Source: an uncultured Methanosarcinales archaeon
Lineage (GTDB): Archaea; Nanobdellota; Nanobdellia; Woesearchaeales; CAYVYK01
Assembly: GCA_964455675.1 (NCBI GenBank)
Contig: CAYVYK010000002.1
Span: forward strand, 133,791 to 197,790
Length of the DNA stretch: 64,000 nt
Direction: 5' to 3'
This document shows, one piece after another, positions 48,647 through 58,930 of the stretch; within the stretch, counting starts at the first letter, position 1; every line of letters starts with the position of its first letter. The translations under genes and the position numbers were made by a program. The notes beneath the pieces were generated by a model that searched no databases, was not told where the DNA came from, and worked only from the letters and a program-made list of their open reading frames with translations.

Positions 48647-48890
48647 GAAAGTCCTACCCTGGTTTGAGAATTATTAAATCTTTCTATTTATTGTATAACA
48701 GTATCCCAAATTGGTATATTAGACGCCACCAATTCTGACGCATTTTCTGGAAATTCGCCTTTGGCATTCTCCCTTCACTGACGAATATGGTGGACTTGAG
48801 AAAAGATTTATAAATCACGAGGCCTGGAATTGGCATATTATAGCAATTAGGGGGATGCAGCCTGCAGGGCTGGAATAAAGAGGGGCGATA

Positions 48891-51800
48891 GTGACACATC
48901 CGGGGAAGATTAAACCAGTCATGAAGCTAGATCGGAATGTTATTCTCATGGTTATAGTGTGCGCGCTCCTTATCGCGGTGCTCTACCGATCAGGTATAGT
49001 CTCACAGATTGGCTTTGCCGTCCGTAGCGTACAGTTGCAAAACCAGCCCGATATCATCAAGGGAGGCTTGCAGGTTCCCGAGGAACAGCTTGGTTCTCCG
49101 GATGGAATTGGAATAATTATCCCGGAAGAAATTCCCGAGGAAATAATAAAGTGCCATGATCTGGACGAGGATGGGTACAGTGATACTGGCGCGATGGTCA
49201 CTGAGCGCGGCAAGTCGTGCTGTTATTCTGGGAGCCGGCCATGCGATAGCACTGAACCAGATTGCGACGACACGAATCCTTTCATCAATCCAGACATCCG
49301 GGAAGTCTGCACGAATACATGGGATGATAATTGCAACGGATTGACGGACTGTCAGGAACTCGCCTGCTGTGAGGATGAGGTTTGCAGGGGCTTTGAGGGT
49401 TGCACTGGACTCATTGGGTGTCTTGATAATGATGCTGACGGCTACGGTGTCGGTGATACGTCCGCCTGCCCGTTTTCTGAGCATGATTGTGATGATGAGA
49501 ACCAGTATATTCATCCGACGGCGGAAGAGCAGTGCGGAAACGCGCTTGATGATGATTGTGACGGCTTGCTGGATTGTGATGATGATGAGTGTGCGCTTCA
49601 CGAGAATTGCCAGGAGGAGCTGGAGTTCTTCCTCGGTAGTACGTGTGGTGATGGAATTCTAGACGGTGATGAGATCTGTGATCCAGGTAGCGTTGAGAAG
49701 TTCGATGGCTGCCTTCCTCAAGAGACAAAGATCGGCGGCGTATGCTATGACAACAGTCACTGGTGCGGAGCTGCTGCATGCGCTGCAGACTGCACATGTG
49801 ACGGGTGTTACTATTGGGATTGCGGCGACGCCATCCTCCAGATGCCTCCCGAGGAGTGCGATCTTGGAAAATTATGTAGTGATCTCGTGACGGACTGCAC
49901 TGCTGATCCTCTCATTTGCTCAGGGTTCCCAGACCCGAGTTGCGTTGTCCGTGATGGAATTGGGTGCACAGCAGAGTGCTTGTGTGAAGACCTCGATGGT
50001 GACGGGTTCTTCCCGCTTTCTATTTGCGTTCCTTCAGGAGGAGCGGCAGACTGTAATGATCTTGACCCGAATATCAAGCCCGGAGCCATCGAGAATTGTG
50101 GGGATAGTATTGACAATGACTGCGACGGTTTCACTGATGATGCGGATCCGGATTGCGGATCGAGCGGCGGTGATGATGACGATGATGATACTTGCGAGGA
50201 CGAGTGCGATGCGGGTGATCGTCGCTGCAGCGGTAGTGGTGTTGAGTCCTGCGGAGACTTTGATGAGGATTCGTGCCGCGAGTGGGGTATTACGGATTCG
50301 TGCCTCTATGGCTGCTATGACGGAGAATGCATAGATGAACCATGCACTGACGAGTGCATTCCAGGCGCTCTCAGGTGCATTTCAGATTCACAGTTCCAGA
50401 TTTGTGAGAATGATATTATCGACGGCCGCTGTGACGGATGGAGCGACGCTGAATCGTGCGGCGCTCTGGAATTCTGCGATGACGGTTACTGTTACCCTGA
50501 TGATTGCACGTACCAGTGTAGTTTAGGTGAGTCGGTGTGTGTATCGCAGTATGATTATCACCTCTGCATGCCTCCCTCAGCGCCTGGTGAGTGTAACGAG
50601 TGGGGATCAAGCATCACGTGCCCTTCGGGCGATATTTGCGAGGATGGCATATGCATTGATAGCCCGACATGTACTGACCAGTGCGATGATGGCGAACGAA
50701 GGTGCCAGGGATCGAAAGCGTACCAGCTTTGCGGGCAGTCAACAACGCCGCCGTTCTGCAATGTCTGGGATTCCCCACAGTCCTGCGAAGATGATGAGGT
50801 ATGCGATCGCGGCTCCTGCATTACGGAGCAGTGTTCCCCTGAGTGCAGTGAGCCAAGGAAGTGGTGTATCTCAACATGGATGGCTGCGGAATGCCGTGTC
50901 GGCAGCGCTGGCTGCTTTGTGCAGGCCCGCACCCAGTGTACATTTGGTGAGGAATGCGTAGATGGCACTTGTGCTCCAATTGAGTTTACTCTCGCTCCTG
51001 GAGAGGCGAGGGATCAGATTCGGTGCAATGCGAGTGAGACCACGGTAAGATATCTCAATCCAAATGAGCTTCCAGTCCGACTGCTTGTGCCAGAGGGATA
51101 CATCCAGGTAGTACCACCATTCTCTGTTGATTGTGCCTTCTCTAACCAAGTCACGTTTAACGTTCCGGGGAATTTAAGGGACATCCGATTGCTCTACTGT
51201 ACTGGCGATAGCTGTACTCAAGCTTCGATGCGGACGACGAAATATGTCGACTGCCCGGAGTATGATGAGGAGACCATTATTGTCGCTGGAGACCTCGCAG
51301 CATCCTCAAAGTCGCTTGCAATTTCAGAGATTGTTGCACGGGAGAATCTTGCGCGTGTCATTCGCATGGTGGAAAACCGTGAATTTGACATTAGCGAGTC
51401 CATAATGCTTTCCGGTACGATGATTGAAGTGGACGTTGGGGAGTCTCGAGGTACGACTCTGCTCACTGTTCCATATCTTGGGGAGAATGTCACTAAGATC
51501 GCCGTGTATGCAAAGTCCGTCGATCCCTCCCTTCCAAAATGGTCCTACCAGGGCGGTAGCCTGAACAGGGAAAAGCACACGATCACGATGACGATCAGCG
51601 ATATTGAGAAGTATGTTTCTGACGGCAGCATCCAGCTGGCTGTTATTCCAGTTGGGTGTGTGGACTGCGAAGGGAACGTCCTGCATAAAGTATACGAGCC
51701 AACTAAGCCGGTGAGGAGGGCGCTCATTCTCGTCCATGGATGGGGTGTCTCATCGCGAAGGTTCACGCAACTGATCGATGAGATGAGAGTTACGGATCAG

Positions 51801-54209
51801 CCTTGGCAGATCTGGACGTTTGATTATCCAAAGGACCAGAATATTGACGTGACAGTTACTGAGTTCATGAACGCTGTCGAATCCGCGAGCGGCGAGTTTG
51901 ATGATGTGGTTATCGTCGCCCATAGTCTTGGAGGTATTGTTGCTCAGCAGTCGGTCACGAGCGCATATAATGCCGCAAAATCTCAGGAGAGGGTGTATGG
52001 ATTCCTTCCGAAAGTGAGGAAGATGATCCTCGTTGCGGTGCCAAATGATGGGCTCATCCGAAGCGACATGTACCAACTGTTAAAGGCAAAATCTTCACAA
52101 TTGCCTCTTGTGGAGGACTTCTTCGACATTCCGTACATGATTCTTGAGGAGCTGAAGGATGGAAGGGTTACGCCGCGAGTTCCCGGCATCGACTATTATG
52201 TTGTTGCGGGCACGAGGGATTACTTCTTCACGAAAAGCCTTGGAGTGAACGTGAAGAACGATGGGCTTGTTTCCGTCAGGAGTGCGCAGCATATCGGTGA
52301 TGATTACGTAGAGGATCGCTGTGTGAACTATTATGAACTCGACGTGAGCCACACCGATCTTCTTGATAATGTGGAGTCCGTGCGCATCATTGCCCGTCTT
52401 GCGGCAAAAGACTTGCTCGAGACACAGAACAGCGCTCTCCTCGGGTATAACCAAATCGTGAACATTGACATTCCCGAATGCGATCCATCAGGGTATTACT
52501 GGGTTGTGGGCAAGATTGTGGATGCTGACGAAACGGACGATCCATGTAATTGCGGAAACAAGATCTGTGGTGCTGGAGAAGATGAGATGACATGCCCCGA
52601 GGATTGTGCAGCGTTCCATTCAAATGAGGAAGCATGTTTCCTCCTGAAGGGAATGAAGGTATCCACATGGGCGATGCTTGCAGTTCTCATTCTCATCGTG
52701 CTCGCAAGTATTGCGGTCTTCCGTATTGATTCTAAGAATGCGCTTGTCCTCCTGACGTTCATGGTGTTTGCGGCAGCGACTGCGATGACGGTCATTGAGT
52801 TTTTCAACTGCGTATACCCGATAAATATGACGAATCCATTCCTGAAGATCCTGCAGGGCCTTGGCCTCATCCTCGAATTTGTCGTCGCTGCGGGAATATT
52901 CTTCCTGTATCGTTTCCAAATAATGTTAAAGGAGCGCCACGTTTTCGTCAAAGCTCTTGGCATTCTGTCATCATCCATCGTGATCGTACTCCTGACATTC
53001 CTATTCGCTCCCTGGAATGAATGGCTCGCGGGCTTTGTTATATTCTATGGCCTTGTTCTGCTTCACGTGTGTATTTTCCATCATGTGAAGGATCTTGCTC
53101 CCGATGAGGTGAGCCGAAGGCGTATCCGTGACTTGCATCACATTGGTGAGCGCGTCCATGAGATTTGGAAGTCCGCCGTAAGGTCCTTTTGTTCGTCGGA
53201 TATCAAGGCGGTCAAAGACTCGTTTGCCGCAATACTCACGGTGCACAATTCTCTCAAAGCCATGGATGATGAGGCGGTGAAGATACTGAGTGCTGTCCAT
53301 AAACCTCTGGAGAGTATTATCGCTTTTGCCGCGAGGGCCATTGAGATCCGGATGATGCTGGCTGGCGTGTCAGGTGATAAGAAGAAAGCTATTAAAGAGA
53401 TCCTTGATGCTTATGAGCGCCTGCTTGATGATCCTCCAAGTGATGCGCTGACGATTGCGCGGTATGGAAGGATTGACCGCCTTCGCGCGAAAGAAGCCTC
53501 CGCAAAAGTGCTCCTTGCTCGTGCCAGGTCCCTCTATGCGTCAGGTGACATGGATGAGTGTGAGAAGCTTTGCGGCAAATTATCCTCCGCCGTCGATGAA
53601 ATCGTCGAGGAATCATTCCTTGCGATCGAACTGTTCCATGATGCCCTTATTGCCCAGTCGATCCGTGCCTGGAGCTATCATGGTATTGGTGCTCTTCCAG
53701 AAAGGAAGCGTCGCATGCTTCATGAGCGCGCCATGCACGCTCGTGATCTTCTTATGCGAGCGAGGAGGGCGTATTTCAAGCACGATTTACTCTCTGCCTT
53801 CGACTTGTACAAGCAGCTAGAAGTGATGTATGATTCGCTTCTGTATGATGATAAGAAGGATGTGTATGGAGAGATGGTGTTCCTGTATAACGATCTTGAT
53901 GTGGCAAGACACCAGCTCACGGAGAACTTCGCCCGCAAGAATGAAGCGAGTTCCCATCACAAGCAGTATTTGATGCACCGATGGCTGCGCCTTGCTTCAT
54001 GGCGTCAGAAACAGGGCATCGTGAATTCGGAATCAGTGCAGCAGCTCATGCGTGTCGGGGATAAGATTGCGGATATCAGGTCTCGCCCGCGTCAGGAGGC
54101 CCACGATCTGTACAAGGAAGCCATCGGACTGTATTCCAAACTGCCCGATGAATTGAAAGCAATATGTTATCGGGATCTTATGAGATCCTACCATATGTTG
54201 TCAAGGTGA
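48891..54209 (+). CDS. 1772-aa surface protein: Cys/Asp-rich repeats, alpha/beta-hydrolase (lipase-like) domain, multi-TM segment, cytoplasmic helical domain
   Basis: DCDD...INP...E.C....DDNCNG repeats; LVHGW, AHSLGG, NDGLV, SHTDL; about 5 TM. Start may be ATG 48921. Confidence 0.85.
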   Translation: MTHPGKIKPVMKLDRNVILMVIVCALLIAVLYRSGIVSQIGFAVRSVQLQNQPDIIKGGLQVPEEQLGSPDGIGIIIPEEIPEEIIKCHDLDEDGYSDTGAMVTERGKSCCYSGSRPCDSTEPDCDDTNPFINPDIREVCTNTWDDNCNGLTDCQELACCEDEVCRGFEGCTGLIGCLDNDADGYGVGDTSACPFSEHDCDDENQYIHPTAEEQCGNALDDDCDGLLDCDDDECALHENCQEELEFFLGSTCGDGILDGDEICDPGSVEKFDGCLPQETKIGGVCYDNSHWCGAAACAADCTCDGCYYWDCGDAILQMPPEECDLGKLCSDLVTDCTADPLICSGFPDPSCVVRDGIGCTAECLCEDLDGDGFFPLSICVPSGGAADCNDLDPNIKPGAIENCGDSIDNDCDGFTDDADPDCGSSGGDDDDDDTCEDECDAGDRRCSGSGVESCGDFDEDSCREWGITDSCLYGCYDGECIDEPCTDECIPGALRCISDSQFQICENDIIDGRCDGWSDAESCGALEFCDDGYCYPDDCTYQCSLGESVCVSQYDYHLCMPPSAPGECNEWGSSITCPSGDICEDGICIDSPTCTDQCDDGERRCQGSKAYQLCGQSTTPPFCNVWDSPQSCEDDEVCDRGSCITEQCSPECSEPRKWCISTWMAAECRVGSAGCFVQARTQCTFGEECVDGTCAPIEFTLAPGEARDQIRCNASETTVRYLNPNELPVRLLVPEGYIQVVPPFSVDCAFSNQVTFNVPGNLRDIRLLYCTGDSCTQASMRTTKYVDCPEYDEETIIVAGDLAASSKSLAISEIVARENLARVIRMVENREFDISESIMLSGTMIEVDVGESRGTTLLTVPYLGENVTKIAVYAKSVDPSLPKWSYQGGSLNREKHTITMTISDIEKYVSDGSIQLAVIPVGCVDCEGNVLHKVYEPTKPVRRALILVHGWGVSSRRFTQLIDEMRVTDQPWQIWTFDYPKDQNIDVTVTEFMNAVESASGEFDDVVIVAHSLGGIVAQQSVTSAYNAAKSQERVYGFLPKVRKMILVAVPNDGLIRSDMYQLLKAKSSQLPLVEDFFDIPYMILEELKDGRVTPRVPGIDYYVVAGTRDYFFTKSLGVNVKNDGLVSVRSAQHIGDDYVEDRCVNYYELDVSHTDLLDNVESVRIIARLAAKDLLETQNSALLGYNQIVNIDIPECDPSGYYWVVGKIVDADETDDPCNCGNKICGAGEDEMTCPEDCAAFHSNEEACFLLKGMKVSTWAMLAVLILIVLASIAVFRIDSKNALVLLTFMVFAAATAMTVIEFFNCVYPINMTNPFLKILQGLGLILEFVVAAGIFFLYRFQIMLKERHVFVKALGILSSSIVIVLLTFLFAPWNEWLAGFVIFYGLVLLHVCIFHHVKDLAPDEVSRRRIRDLHHIGERVHEIWKSAVRSFCSSDIKAVKDSFAAILTVHNSLKAMDDEAVKILSAVHKPLESIIAFAARAIEIRMMLAGVSGDKKKAIKEILDAYERLLDDPPSDALTIARYGRIDRLRAKEASAKVLLARARSLYASGDMDECEKLCGKLSSAVDEIVEESFLAIELFHDALIAQSIRAWSYHGIGALPERKRRMLHERAMHARDLLMRARRAYFKHDLLSAFDLYKQLEVMYDSLLYDDKKDVYGEMVFLYNDLDVARHQLTENFARKNEASSHHKQYLMHRWLRLASWRQKQGIVNSESVQQLMRVGDKIADIRSRPRQEAHDLYKEAIGLYSKLPDELKAICYRDLMRSYHMLSR

Positions 54210-54763
54210 TGATGATGGCACGGAAAAAAGCGAAAAAAAGTGATGATGATCTCCTGAATTTGCCAAAGGACGAGGGCGTGGCGATGCGCGCATCGATATG
54301 GAGAAGGATCGCGGCAGTGATCATTGATCTGTTTCTTGTCTATGGGCTAGGTTCTGCAGTGTTATCGCTCCTCCCGATTACAAAGCAGATTCAAAGTGAT
54401 ATTCCAAAGAATGCGACTTTTCTGCAGCTTCAGGACCATTTTCTGAGCAATCCTGATCTCGTCCAGTGGTCGACGGCAATGACAATCCTCTTCTCCGCGC
54501 TCTTCCTGCTCTATTTTTCCATCGCAGAGTTCAAGTTTGGTCAGACTGTGGGAAAGAACATTCTGAATATCAGGATCGAAGCGATTGCAGGAAAGCTCTC
54601 GCTTGGAAAGTGTATGGTGCGAAGCTTGTGGAGCGTTGTCTTCGTTCCGGTCTATCTCTTATGGATCATCGACATCATGTATATGTTCTTTAACAAGGAC
54701 CAGCAGAGGCTCCTTGAGAAATTGAGCAAAACAAGGACCATCCAGAAGGTGCGTATCACATGA
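54209..54763 (+). CDS. RDD family membrane protein
   Basis: ASIWRRIAAVIID, GQTVGKNILNIRI, QQRLLEKLSKT. Confidence 0.9.
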   Translation: MMMARKKAKKSDDDLLNLPKDEGVAMRASIWRRIAAVIIDLFLVYGLGSAVLSLLPITKQIQSDIPKNATFLQLQDHFLSNPDLVQWSTAMTILFSALFLLYFSIAEFKFGQTVGKNILNIRIEAIAGKLSLGKCMVRSLWSVVFVPVYLLWIIDIMYMFFNKDQQRLLEKLSKTRTIQKVRIT

Positions 54764-57700
54764 AAAAGCTCTCCATCGCAGTGCTGCTCGCAGTGCTTGT
54801 AGCCAGCGTTGCGATCTATTCAGAGAGCAATGGTACAAACGAGTCGGGGAACTGGAGTAACAGCTCTTTTGGATTACCAAACATCGAACCTACCGAACTG
54901 CCCGATGTTATCATCACTCCGAGGGCTATCCTCACACCAGAACCTGATATTCCTCCGACAAGTGTGGAAGTTGAGGAGATTGCCGCGTTATCTGAAGAGG
55001 ACGAATATGTGCAAGTGACGATCTGGCTTGATGAGTCCGATCGCGCGCTGAATTCACCAACAGAGATTCAACAGGCGACGGAAAATGTGCTGTCCGCGAT
55101 GGATGCTCGCGCGCTTGTTGATCTGAAGAACGCGATTCTGACAGAGAATGAAGAGGGAATGATGCTTTCCGCTACCTCCCTGCCTGATTTTGTTGTGACA
55201 AATTCGTATTCTCACTTGCCAGCGGTCTCCGGCCTCATCCGGGCGTCGATGCTTGACGAGATTGGAAACCTTCCTGGCGTTGATAGCGTGATGCCCTCGG
55301 AGAGAGTGTATGCGAGCCTCGTTCAAAGTAATCCTATGATAAACGCGACGCTCGCGAATATGATAGAGGTCGGAACGACGAACATTACGGGCGCTCAAGT
55401 TGCCGTGTGCGTTCTTGACACGGGTGTCCGCTCGGATCACGCGTACCTTGGCGGGAGGGTGATCGCTGAGAAGTGTTATCTCACGAGCAGCGAATGCCCG
55501 AATGATCTGACGGAGGATGATGACGCAACCGATGATCACGGGCACGGTACGCATGTGGCTGGGATCATCGCATCGGAATCTACGACCTATAAGGGTGTTG
55601 CTCCTGCTGTGAATATTGTTGCAGTGAAGGTCTTGAACTCTGCTGGTAGTGGAATTGGCTCTGATGTCATATCAGGTATTGATTACTGCATTGCCCAGAA
55701 GAATGTGTATAACATCACCGCAATCGTGATGAGTCTTGGTAGTGCTCACATGTTTGCGACGGAAGCCGAATGCGATCCAAATTCTGCCACTGCTCGTGCG
55801 GCAAATGATGCGCACGTTGCGGGCATCTTTGTTGTGGCTGCTGCAGGTAATTATGGTAACGCAAGCGGAGTTTCCCCTCCTGCGTGCGGTACGAATGTGA
55901 CAGCAGTTGGGGCAGTGTATGATTTTACGGCCACATCGATCATAACATATACCCTGGCATCCTGCACGGATGATGCAGAGACAAAGGGTAATGTGACATG
56001 TTTTTCAAATAGCGCTCCAGCCCTTGACCTCCTCGCGCCTGGCGCGAACATCACTAGTTCTTGGTACACGAGTACATCTGCCATCGGGCGTGTTGCGGGA
56101 ACGTCGCAGGCAGCGCCGCATGTTGCTGCCGCGGGTGCTCTTCTAGCCCAGTATGGTAGGCTCTACAGTGGTCGCAACCTCACGCCTAGTGAGATCAAGC
56201 AGGCGCTGATTGATGGCGGTGTTGACTATACCGATCCGAGAAACAGCATTGAGACCCCGATCCTGAATGTCTATCAAGCAATGCAGATGATTAATGATGG
56301 CGTCGCTGTCAATGTGACATACCCAATTACGACGGGTAATAGGCTAGTCACAAACCATTCCTGGACAATTGTGAATGTAAGCACGTCAGATCGCGCATCA
56401 GAGGTTGTCCTGCAGGTATGGTCTAATCCAAATAATGTAAGAAACATGACCATGCGGAAACTGAATGACACGAGGTTTACGATTAACATTTCTCGCAATG
56501 CGACGAATTATTCAAGGCTCGGCCTTGAGCGTCTCTCCCTGAACATATCAAAGGGCTGGGACACGAACGATTACGTTGTGGATTATATCAACGCGACAGC
56601 GATCAGCACGAACGCTCTTGGCATCGTGAATCACTCCTCAAGCTTCCGGATATACCTTGAGAACAGGAACTTCACGAACCTCTCATACCTTCCAGCGGGC
56701 AACACATCCACGGATGAAGGGTTGAATGTCACATTCAATGTCACGTTTTATGATTATCACGCCATGAATACTACGCTGCTCCTGATTGTCGACGGTGACA
56801 TTGTATCTCGCTTTGGGCATGATTCATATCAAGGAGGCGTTCATGTACAGAATGTAACACTAGGCAACTGGAGCGAGATGTGCTCTCTGAATTTCAGCGT
56901 CCCAAGGATTAACCGCACGTATGACATGTTCAACGCTACGTGGAATAACGCGACGGTGAATGTTGCGGGATATGGTAATTACACGTTCTACCGCAATAGT
57001 GAGATCCAGTTTATGGGCTGCCAGGTACGCGTGCAGAACTTCTCGAACGTGTCAGGTGTGCACAAAGTTGAGTTTTGGTATCGCGAGGGCGCGTTCAGCA
57101 CCGAGGCTAATTTCAGCGATAATAGCGCAAATTATCATAATGTTTCTGTAAATTATACCGATGGAGAATATTCATTCCTCATCAATTGGACGGTCCTTGT
57201 GAATGAGAGCAATGATATCCCTGATGTGAGTAATGTGAATATCACGAGCGGCACAAGGGGAAATTATTCAAATGGGTCCATCCGCTGCAATTTTTCATTC
57301 ATTGACAATGATTATGATAGCACAACGCCAATGAATGAGACACGGTGGTATAAGAATAACGTGAGCCAGGCGTGGACGAACGTGAGCACGATTCTTGCGG
57401 GAAATCTTTCAAAGTATGATGTCTGGATCTGCTCGGTGCGGGTGCATGATGATTATGACTGGAGTAATTTCACGAACGGTTCGATCACGATAAGGAATGC
57501 GCCTCCAACAAGGGAACTGATCGACGACTATTTCATGCCGAGGGGTACGAACCGGACGAATGTGATTAACCTTTCCGAGTACTTCACGGATATTGACAAC
57601 GCGACGCTGAACTTCAGCGCAAGGACAAACACGTCAATCAACAATTTCACGGTGATCTTGCGGGGCGCGAATGTCTCATTCAATACGAGTCACAGGTTTG

Positions 57701-58881
57701 CGGGCAGCGTCCGAGTGACGTTTAATGCATCTGATGAGTCGTCGTGGGTTACCGATGTCATTATTGTTAAAGCGTATTACTGCGGTGATGACGAGTGCGA
57801 CCCAGCCGAGAGCTCCTCGAATTGCGAGGAGGACTGCGGCTCGAGTGATGATGACAGTTCTGGCGGTGATGATGACGATGGGGGAGGCGGCCTTCCTGGT
57901 GGAACGACGACGCCTTCGCTTGCTTCAGAGGTTGTCCAGATTGCGTCCATTGCCGCTGGTGCAACAGGGAATTTCCGGTTTGTCTCAACGAGCCTCCCAA
58001 TCACGAATATCCAGGTACGCGTAAAGACTGCTGTGGAGGAACCAAAGATAACAGTAAAACAGGTTGATCCAGCATCGCTTGGAACAATGATGCTCTCAAC
58101 ACTTGCGGGAGGAACGTATCAGTATCTCGACATGTCCGCGGTGAAGCTGACGTCAACAAACATTGACACGGTCACGATCGATTTCAAGATCCCGCGCTCC
58201 TGGTTCCAGGGTTACATCGAGAATTCTCTTGTGATGAAGCGATACGTGAACAGTCAGTGGGTTGACCTTCCGACGACGAAGGTTGCGACAGAGTCAACGT
58301 GGGCCCACTACCGTGCGACATCCCCGGGATTCTCGATTTTCGCGCTCTATGCGCAAAAGCCTGAAATTATGCTGACGGCATCCCCATCGCAAAATCTGAC
58401 ATTGAACGCCACGCAGAATCTCACAAATCAGTCCACCCCAACGCCTACTCCGACAGAAACGCCGCCAGCGGATGCGACGCAAAGCAGGGGGAGCGGAATT
58501 GTGGGAAAGGTCATTGCTCTTATTCTCGTGCTATGTGCAGTAGGTCTTGGTGTATTTATCTATCTCCATAAGAGGAAAAAGCCTATTGGACAGAAAAAGG
58601 AAGAAACCCCTGAGCGTTCTGAGATCATGAGCACAGTCTCGGAATTCGTGAAGGAAAGAAAGCAGAAGAGGGAGATAGTTAAGGAGGAGAAAAAGCACCA
58701 AGAAATAGTCTCCTCAGTTGCGGAGCCTGCTGACACGTCGTTCGAGAATCTTCCAGAGGTGCTGAGATTCGTCGCCAAAATGCGCAGCAATGGAGAGTCC
58801 GATACAGTAATTCGAAAGAAACTGATTGATGCAGGTTGGCCTGAGAAACTGGTGACGAGGGCATTATCAAAGCAGAAGTAA
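54760..58881 (+). CDS. Membrane-anchored subtilisin-like S8 protease with PGF-pre-PGF-like domain
   Basis: Triad VLDTG / HGTHVAG / GTSQAAPHV; N-x-S/T-rich Ig-like region; YQYL..FKIPRSW..ATSPGFSIFA; TM and 'GW' tail. Confidence 0.92.
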   Translation: MKKLSIAVLLAVLVASVAIYSESNGTNESGNWSNSSFGLPNIEPTELPDVIITPRAILTPEPDIPPTSVEVEEIAALSEEDEYVQVTIWLDESDRALNSPTEIQQATENVLSAMDARALVDLKNAILTENEEGMMLSATSLPDFVVTNSYSHLPAVSGLIRASMLDEIGNLPGVDSVMPSERVYASLVQSNPMINATLANMIEVGTTNITGAQVAVCVLDTGVRSDHAYLGGRVIAEKCYLTSSECPNDLTEDDDATDDHGHGTHVAGIIASESTTYKGVAPAVNIVAVKVLNSAGSGIGSDVISGIDYCIAQKNVYNITAIVMSLGSAHMFATEAECDPNSATARAANDAHVAGIFVVAAAGNYGNASGVSPPACGTNVTAVGAVYDFTATSIITYTLASCTDDAETKGNVTCFSNSAPALDLLAPGANITSSWYTSTSAIGRVAGTSQAAPHVAAAGALLAQYGRLYSGRNLTPSEIKQALIDGGVDYTDPRNSIETPILNVYQAMQMINDGVAVNVTYPITTGNRLVTNHSWTIVNVSTSDRASEVVLQVWSNPNNVRNMTMRKLNDTRFTINISRNATNYSRLGLERLSLNISKGWDTNDYVVDYINATAISTNALGIVNHSSSFRIYLENRNFTNLSYLPAGNTSTDEGLNVTFNVTFYDYHAMNTTLLLIVDGDIVSRFGHDSYQGGVHVQNVTLGNWSEMCSLNFSVPRINRTYDMFNATWNNATVNVAGYGNYTFYRNSEIQFMGCQVRVQNFSNVSGVHKVEFWYREGAFSTEANFSDNSANYHNVSVNYTDGEYSFLINWTVLVNESNDIPDVSNVNITSGTRGNYSNGSIRCNFSFIDNDYDSTTPMNETRWYKNNVSQAWTNVSTILAGNLSKYDVWICSVRVHDDYDWSNFTNGSITIRNAPPTRELIDDYFMPRGTNRTNVINLSEYFTDIDNATLNFSARTNTSINNFTVILRGANVSFNTSHRFAGSVRVTFNASDESSWVTDVIIVKAYYCGDDECDPAESSSNCEEDCGSSDDDSSGGDDDDGGGGLPGGTTTPSLASEVVQIASIAAGATGNFRFVSTSLPITNIQVRVKTAVEEPKITVKQVDPASLGTMMLSTLAGGTYQYLDMSAVKLTSTNIDTVTIDFKIPRSWFQGYIENSLVMKRYVNSQWVDLPTTKVATESTWAHYRATSPGFSIFALYAQKPEIMLTASPSQNLTLNATQNLTNQSTPTPTPTETPPADATQSRGSGIVGKVIALILVLCAVGLGVFIYLHKRKKPIGQKKEETPERSEIMSTVSEFVKERKQKREIVKEEKKHQEIVSSVAEPADTSFENLPEVLRFVAKMRSNGESDTVIRKKLIDAGWPEKLVTRALSKQK

Positions 58882-58930
58882 TCGATTTTCCCCGTCAGTT
58901 TTATATATTTTTACTACTCACCAGGTATAT

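Noticed and set aside
29874..58881. Diversity-generating retroelement acting on surface proteins
   Set aside because: No reverse transcriptase and no adenine-mismatched template/variable repeat pair was seen; a self-alignment would be needed to exclude it fully.
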